A stretch of DNA of 64,000 nucleotides from NCBI GenBank assembly GCA_029210325.1, contig JARGPU010000007.1, forward strand, positions 32,439 through 96,438, in the 5' to 3' direction. The translations under genes were made by a program, and so were the position numbers. Below, one piece after another: positions 55,079 through 64,000 of the stretch (positions are counted from its first letter, which is position 1; the number at the start of each line of letters is the position of its first letter). This stretch comes from Alcanivoracaceae bacterium (GTDB lineage: Bacteria; Pseudomonadota; Gammaproteobacteria; Pseudomonadales; Alcanivoracaceae). The notes under the pieces are model-generated. The model made no database searches. It was not told the DNA's origin and was given only the letters and a program-made list of their open reading frames with translations.

Positions 55079-56023
55079 ATGGAGTTTAAGGACTACTACG
55101 CATTGCTTGGTGTGGAGCCAGAGGCCGATGAGGCCACCATCAAGACGGCATATCGTCGCCTGGCCCGCAAATATCACCCGGACATCAGTCAGGAGAAAGA
55201 CGCCGAGGCCAGGTTCAAAGAGGTAGCGGAAGCCTGGCAGGTGCTGAAGGACCCGGACAAGCGCGCCGATTACGACCAATTGCGCGCCATGCGCAGCCAG
55301 CAGGGCGGGCGTGGCCCGTTCGAGGCACCTCCTGGCTGGCAGCCATCCGATGGTGGCGGCTTTGATCCCTCTGATGCGGGGTTCTCGGATTTTTTTGAGT
55401 CCCTGTTTTCTGGTGCCCGTCAGGGCGGTCGGGGTGGATCAGCGTCAGGGCGGCGCGGGCGGGATGTGGAAATAGATCTGCCGGTATTTCTTGAGGATAC
55501 GGTTAGTTCTGAAACCAAGCCGATTTCTTTCCGATTGCCTGAATACAACCAGTATGGCGAGCTGATTGGCGAAGCCACGAAGAGCCTCAACGTAAAGATT
55601 CCCGCAGGCGTTACCGACGGTGAGCGCATTCGCCTTAAGGGGCAGGGCACTGCAGGTGTTGGCGATATGCCAGCGGGGGATGTTTATTTACGCATTCGCC
55701 TTGTGCCCCATCCGCTGTTCGACGTTGAGGGACATAACCTGATTGTTACCGTGCCGCTGGCGCCATGGGAGGCGGCACTGGGCACCAAGGTCGAAGTGCC
55801 AACGCTAACCACGCCGATCAATTTGAGCATTCCCGCCCATAGCCAGAATGGCAAGAAGCTACGTATTGCTGGCAAGGGCTTGCCCAGCAAGGCGGGGCAG
55901 GGCGATTTGTTTGTGCTGTTGAAGGTGGTGATGCCGCCGGCGACCAGCGATGACATCAATCAGTTGTGGGAGCAGCTTGCCGAGAAGGCCAGCTTTGATC
56001 CCCGTGCACAATGGAGTCGATAG
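55079..56023 (+). CDS. cbpA: curved-DNA-binding protein, DnaJ homologue
   Basis: J-domain [32 protein letters not shown] and DnaJ C-terminal domains, but no Zn-finger region. Followed by cbpM. Confidence 0.88.
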   Translation: MEFKDYYALLGVEPEADEATIKTAYRRLARKYHPDISQEKDAEARFKEVAEAWQVLKDPDKRADYDQLRAMRSQQGGRGPFEAPPGWQPSDGGGFDPSDAGFSDFFESLFSGARQGGRGGSASGRRGRDVEIDLPVFLEDTVSSETKPISFRLPEYNQYGELIGEATKSLNVKIPAGVTDGERIRLKGQGTAGVGDMPAGDVYLRIRLVPHPLFDVEGHNLIVTVPLAPWEAALGTKVEVPTLTTPINLSIPAHSQNGKKLRIAGKGLPSKAGQGDLFVLLKVVMPPATSDDINQLWEQLAEKASFDPRAQWSR

Positions 56024-56025
56024 TG

Positions 56026-56328
56026 ATGGTCTCCGAAGTGAAAGTGACAGTTTGTAGCACTGAGCTCTATCAGCTGGCGGCGATTTCGGATCAGGATTTA
56101 GCCGAGCTGGTTGGTCATGGCATTGCCCAGCCACACGACCAGCAGGCTGTCGAATGGCAGTTTGATGAAGCAGCGGTGGCACAGATAACTCGTGCCGTTC
56201 GTCTGCGCAGGGAGCTGCAGGTAGATTGGGCCGGGATTGCGTTGGCGCTGGAGCTGCTCAATGAACTGGAAGGCTTGCGCCGGGAAAATGACGCGCTGCG
56301 GCGACGACTGGAGCGGCTCGAAGAGTAG
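56026..56328 (+). CDS. cbpM: chaperone modulatory protein CbpM
   Basis: AVRLRRELQVDWAGIALALELLNELEGLRRENDALRRRLERL parallels E. coli CbpM ([24 protein letters not shown]...LKQENRLLRQRL). Start is ATG 56026 (or 56011). Confidence 0.75.
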   Translation: MVSEVKVTVCSTELYQLAAISDQDLAELVGHGIAQPHDQQAVEWQFDEAAVAQITRAVRLRRELQVDWAGIALALELLNELEGLRRENDALRRRLERLEE

Positions 56329-56431
56329 ACGGTAGCAACGGCGGTCTAGCCGCCTGTGCAATCTGATGTATTGTTATGGCCTCACTGCACAGATTAAGGT
56401 GCATCCCGGTTTGATGTTCTGGTTGGATTCC

Positions 56432-58249
56432 ATGCGCCGCTGCCTGCTGCTGCTTTGTGTCGTAATATTTTCAGGGTTGATGGCCTCGACGGGTGTTGCC
56501 CGGGAGATGGACTTCACGCGCTTGTCGGCTGGCGAAGTTGCTTTTACCGGGCACCGCTCCGAGGCGCCATCGGTACAGCTCAGCTGGCAGCCGGTCAGTC
56601 TGCCATTTTCCGCTGCTCCTGAGCAGACACGGGGCCAATTCTGGTTCCGGCTTGATCTCGACGGGGTGCCCGAACAGCATCGTAGTGCCCTGTATATCCA
56701 GCACCATGTTTTTGATATTGAGTTGTTCCTGAACGGCACGCGTCTGGGCGGCACCACCCGCGCCGATGGGCTTGAGTCTACCGGCTGGAACCAGCCTTAC
56801 TTTCAGCGGATTGCGGCCCCTCTGTGGCGAGATAGCGGCAACCAGTTGCTGATTAGTGTTCGCGCTGGCGAGCCCAATGCAATGCTGTCTCCACTTATCT
56901 TCGCTGATGAAGCGGCTCTGGCTGAGGTGCATCGCGCCAAGACGTTCCAGCAAGTGACCATCGCCGAATGGAGTGTGATTGCCTGCCTGATTATGGGTGG
57001 GTTTACCTTTTTTGTCTGGCTGCAGCGCCGGGATGACAGTTTGTATCTGCACTTTGCCTTGCTGTGTTTGAGCTGGTCTGTGGTGATGTTCTATCTGGCG
57101 TCTTCGTTTTCGCCACTACCCCATGGCACCTGGCTGCGCTTTTCCTACTACTGTGTGGATCTGGCGGGCTTTTTCCTGTTTATGTTCCTGTACCACCTGA
57201 TGCAGCTGAATGCGCCGTGGCCAAGACGCCTGGCCATACTGGCGGTGATCGGCTCCGGGGTGGCCCTGTTCAGTATGGACATCCGTCACCATGCATTGGT
57301 GATTACTGTGGTCCACGGGGTGCATTTGGCTCTGGTGCTTTATCTGTTGGCTATCGGCGCAGTGCGGGCGCTGCGCAGTCATGTTCGAGGCATTCTCTGG
57401 TTTATGCCGGGTTTTCTGCTGATAGCTGTTTTGGTGGGCCACGATATCAATGCCTTCTGGTCGGCGGCCCAGGTGCCCGGCGGGCTGCCCGAAGGCACCT
57501 TGATGCAGTATGGCTTTGGTGTATTGCTGGTGCTGATATTTGCCTACCTTATCCGCACATTTGTTAAAGCGCTGGATGAAAGCGAGCACCTTAATACCCA
57601 ACTCGAGGCCAGAGTGCGTGATGTGTCGGCATCACTGGAGCGCAGTTACGCCGAGAACCGGGCGCTGGAGTTGCACGCCACGGCGCAACAGGAGCGACAG
57701 AATATCTATCGGGACCTGCATGATGATGTGGGCGCCAAGCTGGTATCCATTGTTCATGCGGATGTCAGCCAGCGGCAAACCGAGTTGGCCCGTGAGGCGC
57801 TGATGTCCTTGCGAGAGGCGGTGTCACAGAGCCGTTATGAGTATCGCCAGTTGCTGCCGTTGATGACCACGATGGTGGCGGAGATGGAGGTCAGGCTGGT
57901 GGGGGCGGATATGGCATTTCGGTGCGATGGCGTTGACACACTGCCGGATCAGGATATTGATCCGGCCATTGGCTATCAGCTGAGCAGGATTCTGCGCGAG
58001 GTCACCAGCAACATTATCAAGCATGTTGGCCATGGGTTGGTGAAGCTCGACTGCGTTATGGAGCAGGGCAAGCTAAGGCTGACGGTTACCGATGACGGTC
58101 CCGGCATGCCGGATCAGTCAGAGTGGCGCGGTGCCGGGCTGGGCAATATTCGCTACCGCGCGGCAGAGATCGGGGCGCAAGTCAGCTGGCAGGGCAGGCT
58201 GCCCAATGGCACCCTCTTCCATTTATCCCTTGCCTTGCCTGAAGGTTGA
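56432..58249 (+). CDS. 7TMR-DISM-type sensor histidine kinase (HisKA_3 class)
   Basis: Signal peptide, periplasmic beta-rich domain, seven TM helices, H-box IYRDLHDDVGAKL (HisKA_3) and an HATPase G-box (GAGLGNIRYRA). No response regulator is adjacent. Confidence 0.72.
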   Translation: MRRCLLLLCVVIFSGLMASTGVAREMDFTRLSAGEVAFTGHRSEAPSVQLSWQPVSLPFSAAPEQTRGQFWFRLDLDGVPEQHRSALYIQHHVFDIELFLNGTRLGGTTRADGLESTGWNQPYFQRIAAPLWRDSGNQLLISVRAGEPNAMLSPLIFADEAALAEVHRAKTFQQVTIAEWSVIACLIMGGFTFFVWLQRRDDSLYLHFALLCLSWSVVMFYLASSFSPLPHGTWLRFSYYCVDLAGFFLFMFLYHLMQLNAPWPRRLAILAVIGSGVALFSMDIRHHALVITVVHGVHLALVLYLLAIGAVRALRSHVRGILWFMPGFLLIAVLVGHDINAFWSAAQVPGGLPEGTLMQYGFGVLLVLIFAYLIRTFVKALDESEHLNTQLEARVRDVSASLERSYAENRALELHATAQQERQNIYRDLHDDVGAKLVSIVHADVSQRQTELAREALMSLREAVSQSRYEYRQLLPLMTTMVAEMEVRLVGADMAFRCDGVDTLPDQDIDPAIGYQLSRILREVTSNIIKHVGHGLVKLDCVMEQGKLRLTVTDDGPGMPDQSEWRGAGLGNIRYRAAEIGAQVSWQGRLPNGTLFHLSLALPEG

Positions 58250-58752
58250 AGTCTGTGGCTGTTTTTATTGGTCTGTATAACCCGAAAAGCCCGACAAATG
58301 TTGGTGCTGTTATGCGTGCCGCAGGCTGCTATCAGGCGGATCGGGTTTGCTACACGGGGGGCAGGTTTGAGCGAGCGGCCCAGTATCAAACGGATACCAA
58401 GCAAGTCACCGACCGGATTGAGCTGCAGCGGGTGGATAGCCTGCATGAGCAATTACCCGATGGCATGAAAGTGGTGTGTGTGGAGTTTGCTGAAGGGGCG
58501 ACGCCGCTTCCCGGCTTTGTTCATCCTGAGAGTGCCATGTACATATTTGGCCCGGAGGATGGTTCGGTTTCGCAGGACATTGTTGATGCTGCTGACGAGG
58601 TGGTTTTTGTGCCCACCACGGGATGTATGAACCTGGCGGCAGCAGTCAATGTGGTGCTGTATGACAGGCTCTCCAAGCTGCCATTGAATGGCCACAGTGA
58701 CGACCTTGTAAAGGACAATCGGGATACTAACAACCGTTTGAAGATTCGTTGA
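58246..58752 (+). CDS. SpoU/TrmH-family RNA 2'-O-methyltransferase-like protein
   Basis: NPKSPTNVGAVMRAAGC and IFGPEDGSV ... MNLAAAVNVVLYD are SPOUT motifs 1-3. TTG start overlaps the kinase stop. Confidence 0.65.
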   Translation: MKSVAVFIGLYNPKSPTNVGAVMRAAGCYQADRVCYTGGRFERAAQYQTDTKQVTDRIELQRVDSLHEQLPDGMKVVCVEFAEGATPLPGFVHPESAMYIFGPEDGSVSQDIVDAADEVVFVPTTGCMNLAAAVNVVLYDRLSKLPLNGHSDDLVKDNRDTNNRLKIR

Positions 58753-58774
58753 TTTTTTGCCCAGGAGGGCGGCC

Positions 58775-59137
58775 ATGACCAGCCCGAAAGCGGGGTTTAA
58801 TCCGGACTATAGCGACGATGCACCGACCCTTGAGCAACTTAATGCACTGACGGGTGATGCACTGCTTGAGTTCGGCGCGGCCTGGTGTGGTCACTGTCAG
58901 GCGGCGGCTCCGGCGGTGCAGCAGGCATTGGCTGATCACCCCCAGTTACCCCATATCAAGGTGGCCGATGGCAAGGGCAGACCCTTGGGTCGGGCCTTTC
59001 GAGTCAAACTGTGGCCAACCCTGATTCTGCTGCGAGATGGCCAGGAAGTGGCGCGTCTGGTACGGCCGTCGGGGGCTGATCAGGTGGCTAAGCTAGTTTG
59101 CCAGCAATCTGACGGAGATCAACAAAAGTCCTGCTAA
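58775..59137 (+). CDS. thioredoxin-fold protein
   Basis: WCGHC active site in LLEFGAAWCGHCQAAAP. cis-Pro context LWPTLILL. AGGAGGG RBS. Confidence 0.75.
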   Translation: MTSPKAGFNPDYSDDAPTLEQLNALTGDALLEFGAAWCGHCQAAAPAVQQALADHPQLPHIKVADGKGRPLGRAFRVKLWPTLILLRDGQEVARLVRPSGADQVAKLVCQQSDGDQQKSC

Positions 59138-59322
59138 ATCATTCTGTTATCAAGCAGGCAGGGTGCTTTATCCAATTCTTCATGAAGAAGTGGTAGATTA
59201 GCGGTCTAATAGAAAAGCCTCACACGGGAAAGGTGTTGTCTGGCAGTCCTGACCAAAAGTCGAGGGTGTCCTGCAGACAAACCAGATAGCCGAACTTTAA
59301 CCAGTCGCATTCGAGGAACGAA

Positions 59323-61563
59323 ATGAGCACTGAAACACGCAAGATCGTGTATACACAGACCGACGAAGCCCCCGCCCTTGCTACTTATTCCTTTCTCCCC
59401 ATCGTTAATGCCTTTACCTGCCCCGCCGGGATCGCTGTAGAACCCATCGATATTTCCCTGTCGGCACGCATTCTGTCCCTGTTTCCGGAGTACCTGCCGG
59501 AGGACAAGCGAGTTCCTGACAATCTGGCAGCTTTGGGTCAACTAACTCTTAAGCCGGAAGCCAATATCATCAAGCTGCCTAACGTCAGTGCTTCCATTCC
59601 GCAGTTGAAGAATGCCATTACCGAACTGCAGTCGCAGGGCTATCCGCTGCCGGATTACCCGGATGAGCCTGCCAATGAGGAAGAAGAGGCAATTCAGACA
59701 CGTTATGGCAAGGCTCTGGGAAGCTCTGTTAACCCGGTAATTCGCGAGGGTAACTCGGATCGTCGGGCATCTACTGCGGTAAAGAATTTTGCCAGAAAAC
59801 ATCCCCATTCCATGGGCAAGTGGAGTCAGGCTTCGCGTACCCATGTGGCGCATATGCGGCAGGGGGATTTCTATCATGGTGAGCTGTCGCGGACCATGGA
59901 GCAGGATGATGTACTGCGTATCCAGTTGCTGAGCAAAGATGGCCGTACCATCGTTTTGAAGGAAAAGACCCCGGTGCTGGAAGGCGAGGTGGTCGATGCC
60001 ATGTTTATGAGCGTTAAGGCGCTGCGCAAGTTTCTGGAGGAAGAAATCGACGGCGCCCGTAATGCGGGCCTGCTGTTCTCGCTGCATGTTAAAGCGACCA
60101 TGATGAAGGTGTCTCACCCGATCGTTTTTGGCCATGCGGTCACCGTGTACTTCAAGGAAGTGTTCGAAAAACATCAGGCCCTGTTTGAGGAGATTGGTGT
60201 TAATCCGAAGAATGGCCTGAGCAATCTTTACCAGAAGATTTCTTCGTTGCCTTATTCGGTACGGGCGGAAATAGAGGAAGATATTCGTGACTGCTATGCA
60301 CATCGCCCGGAAATGGCGATGGTGGATTCGGATCGCGGTATTTCCAACTTGCATGTGCCAAGTGATGTGATTGTTGATGCGTCAATGCCGGCAATGATCC
60401 GCGCTGGCGGCAAGATGTGGGGCACCGATGGCAAGCTTAAGGACACCAAGGCGGTGATTCCGGAAAGCACCTACGCGACCATCTATCAGGAAGTCATCAA
60501 CTTCTGCAAACACCACGATGCTTTTGATCCGCGCACCATGGGCACGGTGCCAAACGTTGGTTTGATGGCGCAGCAGGCGGAAGAGTACGGCTCCCACGAC
60601 AAGACCTTTGAGCTGCCGGAAGATGGCGTTGCTCAGGTGGTTAATCAGGCCGGTGAGGTGCTGTTCAGCCAGAATGTGGAGAAGGGCGATATCTGGCGTA
60701 TGTGCCAGACCAAGGATGCGCCGATCCGTGACTGGGTGCGTTTGGCGGTGCAGCGAGCTCGTCTTAGCGGCATGCCAGCGGTGTTCTGGCTTGATTCAGA
60801 GCGGGCCCATGATGCGCAGATGATCAAGAAGGTGGAGCGCTACCTGAAGGATCATGACACTGAAGGTCTGGATATCAGCATTATGGCGCTGGATCAGGCC
60901 ATCCGTCACACCATGGAGCGGTTGATCCGTGGCAAAGACACGATCTCGGTAACCGGTAACGTACTGCGTGATTATCTGACGGATCTGTTTCCGATTCTGG
61001 AGCTGGGTACCAGCGCCAAGATGTTGTCGATTGTGCCGTTGCTAGCTGGTGGTGGCCTGTTTGAAACCGGCGCAGGCGGCTCGGCTCCCAAGCATGTGCA
61101 GCAGTTTGTTGAGGAAAATCATCTGCGCTGGGATTCCCTGGGCGAGTTTCTGGCAATGATGGTGTCGTTAGAGGATCTGGGTGAAAAGACGGGCAACAAC
61201 AAGTCCTCGATTCTGGCTAAGGCTCTGGATCAGGCCACCGCAGTATTCCTTGATCAGGACAAGTCGCCATCACGAAAAACCGGCGAGCTGGATAATCGGG
61301 GAAGCCATTTCTATCTTGCCCTGTACTGGGCACAGGCACTGGCAGCGCAAGATGAAGATGCGGATCTGAAGGCGCGCTTTGCCAAGCTGGCCAAGGAGCT
61401 GGCGGATAACGAAGAGGTGGTGTTGAAGGAGTTGCAGGAGGTGCAGGGTCAGCCGGTAGATATGGGTGGTTACTATCACCCGGATGTGGCCAAAGTGACT
61501 GCCGCCATGCGACCCAGCAAGACGCTCAACCGGATTATTGATTCGTTCTGCCAGAAAGGCTGA
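59323..61563 (+). CDS. idh: NADP-dependent isocitrate dehydrogenase, monomeric type
   Basis: 746 aa. The N-terminus [22 protein letters not shown] is characteristic of monomeric IDH. Confidence 0.93.
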   Translation: MSTETRKIVYTQTDEAPALATYSFLPIVNAFTCPAGIAVEPIDISLSARILSLFPEYLPEDKRVPDNLAALGQLTLKPEANIIKLPNVSASIPQLKNAITELQSQGYPLPDYPDEPANEEEEAIQTRYGKALGSSVNPVIREGNSDRRASTAVKNFARKHPHSMGKWSQASRTHVAHMRQGDFYHGELSRTMEQDDVLRIQLLSKDGRTIVLKEKTPVLEGEVVDAMFMSVKALRKFLEEEIDGARNAGLLFSLHVKATMMKVSHPIVFGHAVTVYFKEVFEKHQALFEEIGVNPKNGLSNLYQKISSLPYSVRAEIEEDIRDCYAHRPEMAMVDSDRGISNLHVPSDVIVDASMPAMIRAGGKMWGTDGKLKDTKAVIPESTYATIYQEVINFCKHHDAFDPRTMGTVPNVGLMAQQAEEYGSHDKTFELPEDGVAQVVNQAGEVLFSQNVEKGDIWRMCQTKDAPIRDWVRLAVQRARLSGMPAVFWLDSERAHDAQMIKKVERYLKDHDTEGLDISIMALDQAIRHTMERLIRGKDTISVTGNVLRDYLTDLFPILELGTSAKMLSIVPLLAGGGLFETGAGGSAPKHVQQFVEENHLRWDSLGEFLAMMVSLEDLGEKTGNNKSSILAKALDQATAVFLDQDKSPSRKTGELDNRGSHFYLALYWAQALAAQDEDADLKARFAKLAKELADNEEVVLKELQEVQGQPVDMGGYYHPDVAKVTAAMRPSKTLNRIIDSFCQKG

Positions 61564-61605
61564 AAGTCCTGCGGCTGATGGGATTTTTACTCAGTGAGGT
61601 TTGAC

Positions 61606-61989
61606 ATGTACTACGTTGTCGAAACAAAAAAATCCTTCGAGCAGGCTGCTGAGGACCTGAATGCGGCAGTAATCCGGCATAAATTCGGGGTGCTGTATGT
61701 CCATGACATCGGCGCCACCTTGCGTAGCAAGGGCGTTGAGTTTGCCGAGCAGTGCAAAGTGTTCGAAGTGTGCAATCCGGTTCAGGCGGCGAAAGTCATG
61801 TCTGCGGATATGCGTTTGAATATGGCGCTGCCCTGTCGCATTTCCGTTTACACGGAGCAAGGTAAAACCATGATTGGCATGATCCGGCCCAAGCAAATGC
61901 TGGCGGGTTTGTCGCAGGATCCGGCGTTGGCTCAGGTGGCGGGTGAGGTGGAAGACATCACCATGCAAATGGTGGACGAGGCCAAGTAA
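61606..61989 (+). CDS. DUF302 domain protein
   Basis: Size and pattern (SFEQAAEDLNAAVIRHKFGVLYVHDIGATL ... CKVFEVCNP ... LPCRISVY) match DUF302. Start is ATG 61606 or GTG 61594. Confidence 0.65.
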   Translation: MYYVVETKKSFEQAAEDLNAAVIRHKFGVLYVHDIGATLRSKGVEFAEQCKVFEVCNPVQAAKVMSADMRLNMALPCRISVYTEQGKTMIGMIRPKQMLAGLSQDPALAQVAGEVEDITMQMVDEAK

Positions 61990-62022
61990 CCGGTGCATTC
62001 AGCAGCCGGGAAAATTATCAGG

Positions 62023-62586
62023 ATGAGCTCTTGTCCCTCTCCGGGTGCGGTACTGAGCCTGGAGTACGGTGTTCATGCCTCTTCCTTTGGTGATGTGCTG
62101 GTGGCGATGACCGATCGTGGGGTTTGTCGACTGGATTTTGTCGACGCTCTGTGTGGCGATTTTTCACAGGAAAAATCAGTGTCTTTTTTGCAGTCGCTTT
62201 GGCCGCAGGCGCAGTTGCGGAAAAATCCGGCGCGCACTCGGGCGGTGATCTCTTCCCTGTTTGCAGGTAGTACCGACCGTCAGCCAGAGTCAGTGCATAT
62301 TGCCGGAACAGATTTTCAGCTCGATATCTGGCAGGCGTTGCTGCAGATTCCAGCCGGGCAATGCATCAGTTATTCACAGTTGGCCTTGGCCAGTGGTCAT
62401 GCCGGCGCAGCCAGAGCCGTTGGTAGTGCGGTGGCCAGCAATCCGGTGGCGTTGCTGATTCCCTGTCATCGAGTAATCCGCCAGGATGGCAAGCCCGGTG
62501 GGTATCGCTGGGGCGTCGATAGAAAGCAGGCCTTACTGGCGGCAGAGTCCCCTTTATTGCTGTCAGAGCGCCAGCGCAGCCACTAG
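62023..62586 (+). CDS. ogt: methylated-DNA--protein-cysteine methyltransferase
   Basis: Active-site IPCHRVI preceded by SYSQLALASGHAGAARAVGSAVASNP. The start is uncertain (GTG 61993 or ATG 62023). Confidence 0.85.
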   Translation: MSSCPSPGAVLSLEYGVHASSFGDVLVAMTDRGVCRLDFVDALCGDFSQEKSVSFLQSLWPQAQLRKNPARTRAVISSLFAGSTDRQPESVHIAGTDFQLDIWQALLQIPAGQCISYSQLALASGHAGAARAVGSAVASNPVALLIPCHRVIRQDGKPGGYRWGVDRKQALLAAESPLLLSERQRSH

Positions 62587-63870
62587 CCCGCCGCCCAGCG
62601 ACAGCATCATCGGCACCGCAACCCGCAGGGCCAGGGCACGGGTGCCGATGACCACCGCCATAAACGATTTGACCAGACTGTTGACCGCCGCAGCGACTAC
62701 GATCGCCAGTGTGGCGGTGTTCAGATCGAGGCCAGTCGTGGTCATGCGGGTTAGCGATAGAGTGATTGCATCCACATCGGCGACACCGGAAGCGGCCGCC
62801 AGCAGGTACAGGCCCTGATCTCCCATCACTTCCTGCATCCAGGAGGCTAATAGCATGACGCCGCCCAGCAGCAGGCCAAACGAAACCGCAGAAGAAAGGT
62901 CCAGCGGGTTCTGCTTCATTTCCGGACTGTCAACGGACTGCACGCGGTGCCGCTGCCAGATGGCCAGAGCCGGCAAGTAGAGCGCCAGTGTCATCACCAG
63001 CATTGGCACGATCAGGCTGTTGAACAAGGCGGGTGATAGCAGCGCGCAGTAGATCAGGATGCGTGGAAACATGGTGCCGCAGGCCAGCAGGATGCCGCTG
63101 GCTAACAAAGGGCTGAGTGCTGTTGCGTCACGGGACTGGCGAGCGAACTGCAGGGTCAGCGCTGTGGACGAGCTGAGGCCGGCGAACAGGCTGGTGAACA
63201 GGATGCCCTTGCTGGCTCCCCAGCCGCGCATGGCGAAGTAGCCAACGAAGGAGATCGAGGCAATCAGCACCACCATCCACCAGATCTCGAACGGGTTGAT
63301 GGCCTGATAGGGCCCCATGCCCTCATTGGGCAGCAGCGGCAGCACCACCACGGAGATCAGTAGTAACTTGAAGCCGGCGTCCAGCTCATGGGCCTGCAGT
63401 TTGTTGAGCAGGCCATGAATTTCCCGCTTGTTGTCCAGAATGATGACCGTCACCACCGCAGCGGCGGCAGCCAATACCAGCTCGCCGGCCACGGCCATGG
63501 CGCCAAAGCAAAAGGTTAATAGCAAGCTGACCAGGCCGGTAATACTCAGGTCACCGGTTCGCTGGCTGTGCACGTGATAGGCGGACAGACTGATGGCGGT
63601 CAGCGCCAGCAGCAGCGCGGGCCATGCCCAGCTGCCGATCAGGTTCGACAGCAGTACCGCCAGGCCGCCCAGCAGGCCGACCAGTGAGTGAGTGCGGATG
63701 CCGGCAATGCGTTGGCCAGATTGTTTTTCTCTCGCTTCCCAGCCTCTCTCGACACCGATCAGCATGCCGATAAGCAGGGCAGAGACGAGCCGCAGTGCAG
63801 TCTGGTTGGTGCTTATGAACTGGTTGGCAAGTTCATCCATTGCGGTGTTCCTCGTTACAGCAAAGTCCAT
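62563..63870 (-). CDS. MgtC/SapB-family plus DUF4010 membrane protein
   Basis: N-terminal MgtC-like LVSALLIGMLIGVERGW ... GIRTHSLVGLLG followed by many TM helices. 435 aa. Confidence 0.65.
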   Translation of the reverse strand: MDFAVTRNTAMDELANQFISTNQTALRLVSALLIGMLIGVERGWEAREKQSGQRIAGIRTHSLVGLLGGLAVLLSNLIGSWAWPALLLALTAISLSAYHVHSQRTGDLSITGLVSLLLTFCFGAMAVAGELVLAAAAAVVTVIILDNKREIHGLLNKLQAHELDAGFKLLLISVVVLPLLPNEGMGPYQAINPFEIWWMVVLIASISFVGYFAMRGWGASKGILFTSLFAGLSSSTALTLQFARQSRDATALSPLLASGILLACGTMFPRILIYCALLSPALFNSLIVPMLVMTLALYLPALAIWQRHRVQSVDSPEMKQNPLDLSSAVSFGLLLGGVMLLASWMQEVMGDQGLYLLAAASGVADVDAITLSLTRMTTTGLDLNTATLAIVVAAAVNSLVKSFMAVVIGTRALALRVAVPMMLSLGGGLVAALAL

Positions 63871-64000
63871 GCTGCGCGAATGGTTGGGTGTATGGCAACT
63901 CTGTGGGCAATACGGATGTCAGTGTAGGGGTGTTTAGGTATATTGATTTAGCTGTCTAATCAGGGAGGAAGTGAGATCGACATTACAATGAGGGCTTCTC

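Overview
GC-rich gammaproteobacterial chromosome segment, almost fully coding. The backbone order pilA / nadC / DUF1631 / ampD / ampE / aceE / aceF is Pseudomonas-like. Together with a CYP153 alkane-hydroxylase operon, this suggests a marine hydrocarbon degrader such as Alcanivorax; that is inference only and needs a database search.

Core genes recognised:
- Metabolism and transport: nadC, an alanine/glycine:cation symporter, aceEF, leuA, modABC, monomeric isocitrate dehydrogenase.
- Cell wall, replication, translation, repair: ampDE, a holD-like gene, rimI, prfC, ogt.
- Stress and signalling: a baeSR-like pair followed by a spy/cpxP-like gene, cbpAM.

Accessory content interrupts this backbone in five places:
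1. 0.65-10 kb: an eleven-gene sugar-modification island directly downstream of the type IV pilin gene. It predicts a CDP-activated, C- and O-methylated 6-deoxyhexose.
2. 23-26.5 kb: a displaced pilin-accessory-like gene, a rhombosortase, and an overlapping DUF3592-type membrane protein. An A8 tract lies in the overlap.
3. 31-34.5 kb: a decayed chromosomal integron. It has an internally deleted intI, three cassette-like ORFs, attC-like sites, and an IS3-family element inserted in one attC.
4. 34.5-44 kb: a GMC oxidoreductase pair, an NRAMP-like transporter, and araC-fdx-CYP153-fdR with two DUF486 genes.
5. 44-52 kb: two near-identical paralogues of an unrecognised secreted repeat protein with a GlyGly-CTERM-like tail, flanking an STN-domain protein and a lipoprotein. 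They sit next to an operon of an unusual two-module membrane protein plus MosA/MosB-like molybdenum-storage subunits, which converges on modABC.

No rRNA, tRNA or CRISPR array was seen. I rate item 5, linked to the rhombosortase in item 2, as the best candidate for an undescribed system. All family assignments come from reading motifs by eye, not from searches.
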